39,898 nucleotides of DNA. Source: Amoeboaphelidium protococcarum X5. Its lineage: Eukaryota > Fungi > Aphelidiomycota. The position numbers were made by a program, and so were the translations under genes. The notes under the pieces were generated by a model. That model saw only the letters and a list, made by a program, of their open reading frames with translations, searched no databases and was not told where the DNA came from. Where the stretch lies: the NCBI GenBank assembly GCA_023515725.1, contig JALDTO010000314.1, positions 1 to 39,898 on the forward strand, given 5' to 3'. Positions 27,464 through 38,122 of this stretch are shown in pieces (the first letter of the stretch is position 1; every line of letters begins with the position of its first letter).

Positions 27464-29356
27464 ATGAACAAGCCGGGCGTGGATAATGATCAATTTTCTG
27501 GTAAAGACAAGTAGTATTCAATACCGTAGCTCCTATCGCTGAATAAGGATGGTGTGAGGAGTTAAAGGTTATACCAGGTACCTCATGACAAGGATGATGA
27601 TAATTAGCATTTGAATAATAATGGTGGTGATGTCAGTCAGTAGTCTTCTGGTAGTTAATTCTCACAGAGTTATCATCATCGTCAGTAGTAGCAATAGTAA
27701 CCATAGTAGTAGTTTTAGCCGTAGTAAGTAGGTGTAGGTAGAATGCGTGGTGGTCCGCCTGGGTTGAAAAAGTTGCCACCTGGATTCAGTGCCGCACCGC
27801 CTGGTATACCGGCACCTGCTCAGCGTCATTTTAGATAGAAGACTGCACCTTAAGCTGGTGAGAGTTCTGCTAATCATTGGCTTCCGTAGTAGCATTAATA
27901 ACAACGCGATGGTGATAATGATGGTTACGGTCTTCAACAAGATTAACATAGATAGTAGCAGTAGTAGTAATAGCCTGACGTTTTTGATATGGAAAAGTTC
28001 AAGGCTGAAATGAGAAAAATGAGTGGGTTGCCTGCTGCACCTTAATCTTCTTACTCTGACGATACACTATAACAGTAATAGCTTGGTACTCAATACCCAC
28101 TATAGGATTAAGCCGTCTAGTTCAATCACGATGATTATGTTAATAGTGTCGAAGATGTTATTTTCCAGTCTGATCTATTGGAATTGCCAGCTGATGAGGC
28201 TGATGGTGAGCAGGTGGGAAATTCAGTTGCACCGGAACAGGGTCTGCGTCAAAGTAGATTTGGTGGAAGATTCTTTAATTTGGATGCCAGTGTCACGACG
28301 GATACCACCTCATCGGCATAGAGTAGTTCTTCTGTCAACTAATAATAACAGTTTGCAGAAGATCAGGGATTGTAAACATCATCGTAACCAGCGTCTGCGG
28401 GTAAGAGAACTCCGCCACCTTCACTAGCATCTACCAAGAGAAAGGGATCTTCTTCTACGTCATCTATTAATGTTCCCACTAGTGTTTTGAAGAGACTTGG
28501 AACTGCGACATCATCGTTATAATCTTCTCCATAACCATCTTCTCCTCTGAAGAGTGTTGGTAAGAAATAGAAGAAGAAGTAGTAGTAGGAATTGTAGTAG
28601 AAAGAGTCTGTATCAGGTTAGTAAGTGGATGCCTCCTCTAAGACTGTCACTTTGTAAGATGGGTAAATGAAAGCGAAAGCTGGTAAATAGTAGGATAACA
28701 ATAATGCAGCAGTGAAATAACCACTAAAAAAGTAGGCGTATGCCAATGAAGGTACTAGATATGTTTAGAAAGATTTTGTGATTAAAGATCTGTAACTGGC
28801 TCAAGAGTTGGATGTTAACAGCAATTTTGTCGTTTAAATGCCGCCACCATTGCCATTGATGCCTGTCATACCTGGACTTCCATCTCCTACTGCATTGCCC
28901 AATGCTCCAGTGCCACCGCCTTTGATTGTTGATGGTCAGCCGGTTCTACCGCCTCCGCCGCACATATTGGCTCTGCTAATCTATTAATCTGGATAGCCTG
29001 TACCTGAGCCATTGCTTCAGTTTCTGTAGCCTCCATTTATTCAGCCGGAGCAGTTGCTTTAGTTTAGACCATCTTTGCCAGTGAGTCCTATAGCCATGAA
29101 CGGACCTGTTGGCTTGTAATAGTAATAGTAGTAGTAGTAGTAGTAGTAGTAATAACCGTCATTGTAGAACTAATCCAATGCTGGGGACTCATCTCCTACT
29201 TTTGGCCAGTAACAGCCAAATAATGAGTCTTCTAATCCATTATAAAAGTGGTTTGGTAATGTGAGTGGCAAGTTACAGAATGCTCCAGTTGATACGAGAG
29301 CTTCCAAGGAGGTGCTGCATGTCGAGGACATTGAATAGTAATAATAGCATCTATGA
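27464..29356 (+). CDS. Gln/Pro-rich disordered protein, candidate eIF4E-transporter (4E-T/EIF4ENIF1)-like translational repressor (630 aa)
   Basis: ATG 27464 to TGA 29354-29356; motifs YSIPQLL (YxxxxL-phi), PPGL/PPGF/PPGI, SRFGGRFF, VPTSVLKRL, LQKWFG, VLHVEDIE. Confidence 0.75.
29117..29155 (+). repeat. (TAR)13 trinucleotide tract encoding poly-Gln
   Basis: taa tag taa (tag)8 taa taa, in frame within the 27464-29356 CDS. Confidence 0.9.
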
Positions 29357-29596
29357 TCTAATATACATTTATTATCTATTATTATTGTATAACCTTACAG
29401 TAATTTAAAGATATTTGGCTTTGATAATACCTTATCTAGTTCAGGTTGATTGATCATTTGTGGAAGGAGTGTACGGCAAAACGACCTTTCCAAAATGTTA
29501 TATTGGAAACTTTATAAATTACGATGTATAGAATCTATTGAATACACTGGAGTTAGTAAAAACATACAAAAATCTTCCTCTGCAACACAGACATCG

Positions 29597-30970
29597 TCAC
29601 ACACTTTGCATCTTCGTCTGACTATTCAATTGTTGTGTAGACCCCGATGATCGCGAATAATCTACTCTCTCGGTAAAAGACACTGGATAAACTCCCTCTT
29701 TCTAAGTGGACGTGTTATATCCTTTAGCCCAGCCATCGTCATACTCGAAGAGTTTAAACACAATGTCACCTTCTTTAAGATCCAGTTCATCAGGCATGCT
29801 GGCGGTGTATGGGAGCGTCACGCGGTACTCATCAAACTTCACACTTATACCCATTCGGTTGGCACTCGTTTGCGATGGACGCCGCCCGAGATTCTTTCGC
29901 TTATTACCGCCAGCGACGAAGGAGTTCACGGAACTATTAGAAATTGAGGATGATGTACTGTTGGCCCTTTTCATATTTCGCTTGTAGTTATTCTTCTAAG
30001 CCCTCTTATGTTTCCGCCTATTACGCACATATCGGTGACCAAAGAACACTGACAGTAAAATTACGGCAGCGGACGCGGCACTTATAATGGGAATGCCCCA
30101 TGTCTGAAAGAGTTGATTATTCGATATTCCAGATCCCGATCCCGATCCGACTCTATCATCAGGAGGCAGCGTGTATTTAAGATTATAGAAATCAAACGAG
30201 CAGGTAGAGTTATCACCATTACACACTCCGCAGTAATCTAATTCACCTCCGCAATCTCGACCAATATTACACGTCGGTCCGTTGAATCCAGAGTCGCATC
30301 GGCATTCAAACTGATTACCTCTTGTCCTGTAGCATCGACCTCTATTATTGCACAGACTGGCACTGCATATCCGAAGATCACATTTACCTTTATAGCAGAC
30401 ACCCAGTTCATTTCCAGATTAAGATGGACCACAAATTACGCCATCACCAACTGTGTTATCAAAATTGTTATTAGGACTGAGGTACTGAGTGAAATCTATG
30501 CACAGATTACTTTACGCTTGACCAAGACAGGCGAGATTACAGGTATTCTCAATATTCTACACAGTCTTGTTGCCTACAGGATCGCATGGTGTAAATGGCC
30601 CAGTGAAAGTCTAATTTCCAATAATGAAATATCTATTGTTAAAATTCGAGCACTGCGACTATCTAGAAATGCATTTTCCATTCTAACAGATTCCTGCATT
30701 GGGACATTATGTGGTAAAGTCTGGCAGATTCTTGCATTTATCTGTACAGCATCCTTCAGACTGCGGAGCACCATAATCACACTCTTCATCGCCCTCTACA
30801 ACGCCATTTCCACACTACTAAGGTGACGCAATCGGCGCCAATTGTTGAGGTTGAGCTTCAATGAGGAGATTAGCGTCGGTTGGTGACGCGTGGGTCATCA
30901 ATGCCCAGCAGAGCACATACATCACCAGTGCATTCCGGAATTTAAATGCTTAGTTGTAGCCAATTATCAT
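29597..30970 (-). CDS. single-pass membrane protein: disintegrin/ADAM-like Cys-rich + EGF ectodomain, cytoplasmic SH3 (457 aa)
   Basis: Signal-like N-terminus (alternative start 30922); CGNGVVEGDEECDYG..CC; VGDGVICG..CYKGKC; EGF CSASLCNNRGRC..CRCDSGFNGPTC; DYCGVCNGDNSTC; TM WGIPIISAASAAVILLSVFFG then RYVRNRRK; SH3 YTASMPDELDLKEGDIV..YDDGWAKG..EGVYP. Confidence 0.88.
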
Positions 30971-31567
30971 CGATAAAATATATAGATATACCCGCAAAGA
31001 ATATTTTATATTGAATAAAAAACGAGTATTAAGGGTATCAAAATTGTTCTTAGTTAAATTGATAAGGGATCTAAGGCACAACGTGACTTGAGCCATCTAA
31101 TTGTACGCGCCTGTAATTAGCCCCTTATCATGGTACTACTCTATTGCCCAATCCACCACTGGATGGATAGTCAGAAAGGATATCGTATTAAAAATAATGC
31201 TTGAACATAAAAAGTTGATCGCAGCGTTTATAACTCTGGAAAGAAATTTTATTTGCATCTAACTGAAACTGAGCAACGTGCTTCAGACCACTTATTATGT
31301 ATTACACCACTATCAGTATGATGCAGACTTGGCCTCTCAATCTTGACTATTCTAAGTGTGATTTCAAAGTTGCAATGCAGTTTACATTAAACAGAATTCT
31401 TTTAACCAAATTGTACATAAACTTTACTGATAGATTCCCTTCATAAGTGAAGCATGAGCATCATCAATTGACAGTATATCAAAAACATAGATCGACCGAA
31501 GTATGTAACGCACTTCATTGATCTCTTCTCTCCCTTGATCAGTAACAACTCTCTTTAAGCGCGCTGA

Positions 31568-33676
31568 ATGAAAATTTGTCGAATTTGTGTAGACTTGATG
31601 AAAATTATGGTGTAATAATAAAAATAAGAATTCGATAAGGATAGTTTGCAAGTTATTCTTGAAGGTCCGCAGCAACAATATCTTAAATGGCTTAATGATT
31701 TGAATTCGCTGGATATCGCGGAGAAGGTGAGTTGTAGATTGTAATGTATTCGCAGTGTCCGCCCTATTGTGCATATGATTGACTTAACGGAACACTGTGG
31801 ACTGGTGATGTTTCTCATTCAAAATATTCAATTTGATCAGCCTGGCTATCTTGACGATTGTTTAAGATTTATGATGGACATTGTCGCGTACCATGGTGTT
31901 GTTATTTGCGATTTGATCTTGGATAGCATTTTTGTACAATGGCGGGATCTCCTACTCTTCTCAAAGCAGTAGTCCACAGCTCATGATCGAGATATATGCA
32001 GATTGTTAGAATAGCTTGCGTCGCAGACTGGTGCTGGCTATAAGAATATTCTGACACAGCTGCAGTCGCTATATCCTGACAAGTACGGAAGTCTGAGGGA
32101 CCAGCGAGTAATGACTTAGATGTCTCTGGCCATTGCTTCGCATATTGATGCACTCAGAGAGCCAATTTATTATTTGATTTTCGAGCGATTAGTCTAGTTG
32201 GATGCTGAAATTACTATAGACTAGGAAGAACTGGAAGATGAAGAGGATATCTAGTTGTTTACGAATGCCCAATGTCCATTTTCAAAGCAGGTTCGATTTG
32301 CTGATTAAGAAGGCAAATCTTCTACTGATACTGATAGTGATAGCGATGATGAGAGTGAAGCAGAGCTGTTTGACTCGGATGATGATAAAGCTTGTGATAT
32401 TGTAGATAATACTGAAGTTTTGACGCGTAATGGACTCATGCTTAAGAAGTTGGATGTAATAATTCAACTGCTGTTTGATCACATCGATGAGCTTAAATCA
32501 GACTGCGGCGAGGAATGTGGGACTGTTGTAAATGGCAAGAGGAGACGACCAGAGTAAGATAATAGCTCCGCTAATCCGTAGTTGTAATAGTTTTGTATAA
32601 ATGCCCTCAACATATTTGATAAGATTATCCTAAAGACGTATCATACCAAATATGTACAGTTAATCATGCTGTACATCTCATCTCTTGATAGTGCATTCTC
32701 GGAAGCTTTCATATCTTATCTGCTGGGTAAAGTGTTTGATGATAACAGCACTGGTACTCCAAATAGCACAGGACCACTGAAAAGACGTCGAATACACGAT
32801 TATTCTACAGAATACATCAAAAAGTCTGCTGCTGCGTATCTCGGCAGTTTTATGGCCAGGGCGAAGCATGTGAGTCCGCAGATGATATGCTCGTCACTGA
32901 AGATTTGCTGCTAGTGGCTTCACGCATCGCTGTAATACTTTTCCTCTCCCGAGTCTACCCAGTAGAAAAGACAAATATGGTATTAGATTGTACAATGTGT
33001 TCTGTACGTGTTCTGTTTCCGGTGGAGAGAGCTCTGTCAATTGAAGAATGCTGGCTCTATTTCAGATCTTTATGTTAATCATGGCCATGAAAAAGATGAA
33101 GTCATGCTCGAAGGTGACAGGAAACGCGTCCGAAAAGTGTCCTCTTCTACGAATGGAATGATTGACTTGAAGGATCAAGGCTTTCCATCGTCGTCTGGAA
33201 ACCGCTTTTAGAATTTTGGCATCGAAGCAGAGTTCATGTCCTGGTGGAAAGTTGAAGGTGGCTTGTAGCGGGTATTGTTCAGTTCATTGAATCCGTTAAA
33301 AGTTTGCGATAAACACATTGTCGAAGAGTTTACCAGTATCTGTAAGGAATTATAGATCATGTATTGTTTCAACTTTACGCGTAATGGTTTGGGTGAAGAC
33401 AATGGATAGAGTTTGAGGAGCGAGCTGCATAACTCGGCGACTGCATTGAGTGGCTCTGATTCTGAAAGTTCCATTAGCATGGCTGGAGCGTTTAATCCAA
33501 CTGAAGGCGCTATTCCAGATCAAGACGGCAGCGAAATTGACTATCTAGAGTCACTGACAGAGTAGACAACCGAGCATTGGTTCCCGTTTGATCCATATTA
33601 CAAGCATTTGTCTAATCCACAGCGTATATCCAATCTATATAATGAATGGAACTCAATCATTGAAACAGAAGATTGA
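31568..33676 (+). CDS. RRN3: RNA polymerase I initiation factor Rrn3/TIF-IA (start may be 31568, 31598 or 31607)
   Basis: ERLVQLDAEI plus acidic loop; KKLDVII; IFDKIILKTYHTKYVQ; AAAYLGSFMARAK; YVFCFRWREL; LNPLKVC; WFPFDPY. Confidence 0.92.
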
Positions 33677-33813
33677 TAATAAAGTGAACTAATTTAATCC
33701 GAAAGTAAATTTACCAGTCCATATGTATTCATCATTTTCAATTTTCAAAAGAATTGTATTGTGCACCTTGTATAAATATAATGCCTATATCAAATAACCT
33801 CACTAAATGCAAA

Positions 33814-34590
33814 TCATTGATGAAAGCAATCTTTGGTCAAGTTCAAGTGAGACGACGGCGCGGCTGGATCAAGAGCGGCTTACAATCGCCAACAGTTCAG
33901 AAACTCATCAGCTAAAGGCAGTTCCAACTGATCACATGTAGCATGAGACGAATCATTCTATATCAAACTAATATTACCATACTACTCATTATTTAACACA
34001 CCATAATGAAATCCATCATCGTGCTCAAACTCAATATCACTCAGCTGTAAGTCAGGAATAGACTTGGCACACATGTGATCGTCTCTAAATGGTGACAGCA
34101 GAGTGCCAACTAGACTGAGTGGCTTAATCTCCACATCAGGTGAGGATGTATTTTTTAAGCGTTCAGAGTCATCGATCAGTTTAAACGTGAACAAATTATC
34201 ATACTTTGGATTGACAGGCAGATCAAATTCAGTCTCCTCCTCTTCAGATATATCAGGAGTGATTGGTTCGAAAACGTCAGATTAATTTTAAAAGCCAGGC
34301 GTATGGTTCTCCTTTATCTAAAACAGCTGCTCATCAGAAAACGCATTCTTATCATTATGAGTAGCTTTAGTAGATGTAGTAGATCTTGATGACAAACCAA
34401 CAGCAGATTTACCAATGCGCTGCCTATTCGTTCTATTCCGTTTCAGATCGGTTGCGCTGTCGCCGCGTTCGATTACATTCTGACGCTGCTTTGTTGACGT
34501 TGTTGCTGTTTACCCACGCTTTCTTAGCCCGTAACGCTTACCATTCCTGGTCGCTAATTTATTACTTCTTTAATACGTAGGTAGGCTCAT
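33814..34590 (-). CDS. hypothetical protein (258 aa), basic N-terminus and acidic C-terminal half
   Basis: ATG 34590 to TGA 33814-33816 open under TAR=Gln and includes track ORF 33982..34194; no family recognised. Confidence 0.65.
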
Positions 34591-34908
34591 AGTTATTATT
34601 CTCTAAGTGCTTATTTTTTGGAAATTAGACAGTGAAATGTGCCAGAAATAAAGATGTTTGTTGCGTGCAGACTTAGGTAAGCTGCAGCCGATTGTTTATA
34701 CCGCGCGCGTGAGATTCACGGCCCGATAACAATTGTCATCGCTGCCAAGTGTTGAGTCACACGACAAGTTGCGCGGTTGTCTCGTTTAACTCGCTGAGTT
34801 GAGACGCCTGATTTAAACAGAAATGGCCTAAAATAAAAATAAGAAGAAGAATATTTTGATGATAGAGACGTGAGTATATTCAGGACATAATAGGATGCAG
34901 CATCAAGA

Positions 34909-35232
34909 TCAAAATCGATTCTTCCATGATCGCTTACGCTTGGACACTTTTCTAAATTTGCTTTTCACTTACGACTTGCTCTTTACGATATTCTGACCAT
35001 CAATTTCCATAGGGGAATCTTCTGCTTACACTAATTATGACTTTGGAGCAGCTGCCGCGGATTCCACGTGATCAGTGTCCACTGCCATAACATCATTGAC
35101 TAAATCGTTCTCCACCAGCTCAGCCTATTTCTTGGCAAGTCGCTCAATACGAGCAGACTCCATAGGGCCATATATACTTTATCGGCGCAACTATCTATTT
35201 TTTCTCTATCTCTTACTTCTAAGACTCACCAT
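34909..35232 (-). CDS. small basic nucleolar protein, DUF2423/YBL028C/LLPH-like (107 aa)
   Basis: MVSLRSKRQRKNRQLRRQSIYGPMESARIERLAKK resembles the S(L/I)RSK..R...FGP...AR.ERL pattern; acidic middle and Lys/Arg tail. Confidence 0.75.
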
Positions 35233-35371
35233 ATTATATATGTGTTTGCGCGTTTTTCAATTTGAATCGAGGGATTGAGTATTTAATGGAGAAAGCCGGG
35301 CTAAAGCAAAGCGAGATAAGAAAACCAATAAAACGCAAAGGTTAGAAAGATATTGAACTTTAGTGTGTATT

Positions 35372-36561
35372 TCATTCTATTAACTTTACGTCTGAACCAT
35401 TTTATAGTCGAGAATAATCCACATTCTTCTGCCTTTCACATTCCATAGAAGATTTCTATATTGGCGATGGCCGTAAATCGCCAGCAGTGGGCCTAAATTC
35501 GCGTTTGAAGAACTCATACACTAGCCATGAAAGCCCAGAAGATGGCATGGCACCAAGCATTCTAGCTTTAGCACCGCGCATAAATCCCTTCAATCCTTCT
35601 CTCATATAAATGATTCGCACAGCATCACGTAGCGATTTACTGTCTCTTATTAAAGGACATGTCGAAGTAGCCTTCGTCTGTAGCAACGTCTTGGACACGT
35701 CCAGAGGTGTAGTCAAGAGAGCTGCAAAGCTACCTGCCACACCACCTGATACAATATGCAAGGAAGGAGAATAACCACCATTACTCTTGCTCAAATCAGC
35801 AAAATAGGGATATAATGTCTCTTTGCAATACTCATATGTTGCAAAATGTATCGATTGAAAGGGGATACTGATTGAAATGGTGGTAGGATAAGACTAGTAG
35901 AATGCCTTGATTCCCTCATTTCTCAGCGTGTGCGTAAAACAATGCCATATAGAGCGATACCGTAGAATAGGCTCCTATTGACCACCAGCAGGTAAAGTGA
36001 GTCGACTAGAAGGATTTACAGTAGCACCACATGGGGTATCGACGCAAGTGACAAGTGATGCGTAGCCAATCTGCATTCGCTACTTGATCACATCAAAAGG
36101 ATTCATGAACGCGTCACTAGCAAGAGTAGCCGCAGCTCCAGATAAAGCAGCCTTCCATACTGCATTCGATTGATCTTAAGCATCGAATTTAAGATATCGC
36201 TTCGACTCTTCATACGTGGCAAAATAAAGAGCATGCGATGGCCCTGCTCCCAGAATCATCATTGGTAAGCCCTTCCATAAGGCACTGAATCCCTCTTTCA
36301 CATAGATCTAACTGAGCGCATTCCCAATTGAGGTATAAATATTCTTTTATCCAGCGCTAAGTACTTGCATACGTGTCTACAAGAATATATATGAAATAGG
36401 CATAGGTAATATATAGGAAACTAATCCAGACGTATATAGCATACCTTAATGAGATCGATAGGATATAGCACAGAATGCTCAGTTATTCCCGCCAAAGCAC
36501 CAGCCATTAAATGACTCGACATTGAATGCTCCGTACTGAGCCCTTCATAATCATACTCCAT
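35372..36561 (-). CDS. MRS3: mitochondrial iron carrier (mitoferrin, Mrs3/4); complement(join(35372..36376,36445..36561))
   Basis: DYEGL; AGALAGITEHSVLYPIDLIKTRMQ; GAGPSHALYFATYE; SDAFMNPFDVIKQRMQ; SYPTTISISIPFQSIHFATYE; TTPLDVSKTLLQT. Confidence 0.95.
36377..36444 (-). other. spliceosomal intron in mitoferrin (68 nt)
   Basis: GTATGC...TGTAG on the minus strand; removal joins PIDLIK|TRMQ. Confidence 0.93.
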
Positions 36562-36670
36562 TTTAAAAATTTACTTGAATATATCGTCAAAAATCCGCTA
36601 AGGCGCTTTTGGCAGTAAAGATAAAAATTTTTGATGATCCTTTCTGCTTTTAAATCGTTAAATTATCACA

Positions 36671-37849
36671 ATGTTGAAAATCGGCAAAAGATTACATTCA
36701 GTTAGTAGCACAGAATTCAACTCAATGGCGCAATAGCTAAAGAAGCTGACATTCAAAACATCAAATGCGCTCAGTTAAGCGTAATAGAAGGAGGACATCA
36801 GGAAACTGCTCATCAGTCTAGGACGCGCTTGCTTTCATGGCAGGACAGATAAGACTGTGAACAGCGGACTGGAAATGTTTTCTGAGCCGACTGATTGCCT
36901 CACCCTCACTAAGGCTTAGACAGCGCAACGTTCCAAGCGGTTTCTCGATTTGTATTAAAAGCACAGGGAATCGTTTCACAATGACGTGGCCTTGAAGACT
37001 TTGGCTGGACGCGTGATGATGTAAGTTGGTTAATTGTCTGGTGCGGAAGACGAATTGACTCCCCTGTCCCAGGTGAAAGATGACGGAAGTGTGTTGGTAA
37101 CTCGAGTTAGATTGTTGGCGCAGAATAGAAAGTTTGAAGAGTTGTAGCAGCTGTGCACAGAGTGGCTGAAAAATAACGCGTTATGTGCGCGTGAATAAGA
37201 CCAGGTGAATAGCAATAAACTGAAGGCTACAATGTCTGAAGCCCTGTCCAAATTCAAAAAGCGAGATATGCCGCTGTTTGATAAACTATATAGCGAAATT
37301 ATGGAATTGCCTGACCTCTAACACCACTTTAATATTAAACGGCAGGTATTAACTGCCAGTATAAGGACATCTGCTGATGTTGGTGATACAAATCGTGCGT
37401 TGGAGAAATTCGCCACTTTGCGTTCATATGTTGTGGATGCTAATTCCTCATATCAGTTAATAGCTGTAAATTTGGTATTATAAGCATTCTCAAATAGGAT
37501 ATCAGTATTGAAGGAAGATAGTGAGATTGAGCTCAAGTAAATGGGGTAATAGCTTTCCGAGTTTTACGCGTCTATCTAACATCAATCGTTGCTGTCACTA
37601 TATTCGTATACGACACTTTTGCATGCAATGCTTAAGTTAAGACAAAAGACAGCTGATGATGTTGTTAGTATTGAAGAGTTCATGCGGGTCAAGTCTGACA
37701 TGGAAATGCTTGGTATAAGTCCTGACAGAAAGGTGTATGGATTGCTGATTCGCGCCTGGAGAAGTTGTGACGCGCCCGAGTATCATGCCAAACGATCCTA
37801 TAATGTGCAAAAACTCATGAAGGAGGCCAACAATAGATGCTTATCATGA
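36671..37849 (+). CDS. pentatricopeptide-repeat (PPR)-like protein, probably mitochondrial (392 aa)
   Basis: MLKIGKRLHSVSS is presequence-like; PPR-like SLYSYTTLLHAM and DMEMLGISPDRKVYGLLIRAW; TGA 37847-37849. Confidence 0.72.
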
Positions 37850-38122
37850 TCTACACTGGGAATTCTTTCTAATCTTGTCTTGTTTCACCTTATCGGCTTG
37901 TGTAACTGCGTGGGAATCGACTGACCATAATGAGGTGGTACCAGATTGCATGATTGCCAATAAGATCAACCAGATGACGTTACAACAGCAATCAGTGTGG
38001 TATATGGTACATTTCATCACAAAGATCTTATGATTACTTTACTTCTTTTCTTCATATAATTAAACTATATAAACTTCCATCCTATAAAATATATAAACTA
38101 TATAAATAAAGCTGTCTGTAAA

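Noticed and set aside
31197-31350. ~49-codon ORF upstream of RRN3
   Set aside because: Short ORFs are expected by chance when only TGA terminates; no features
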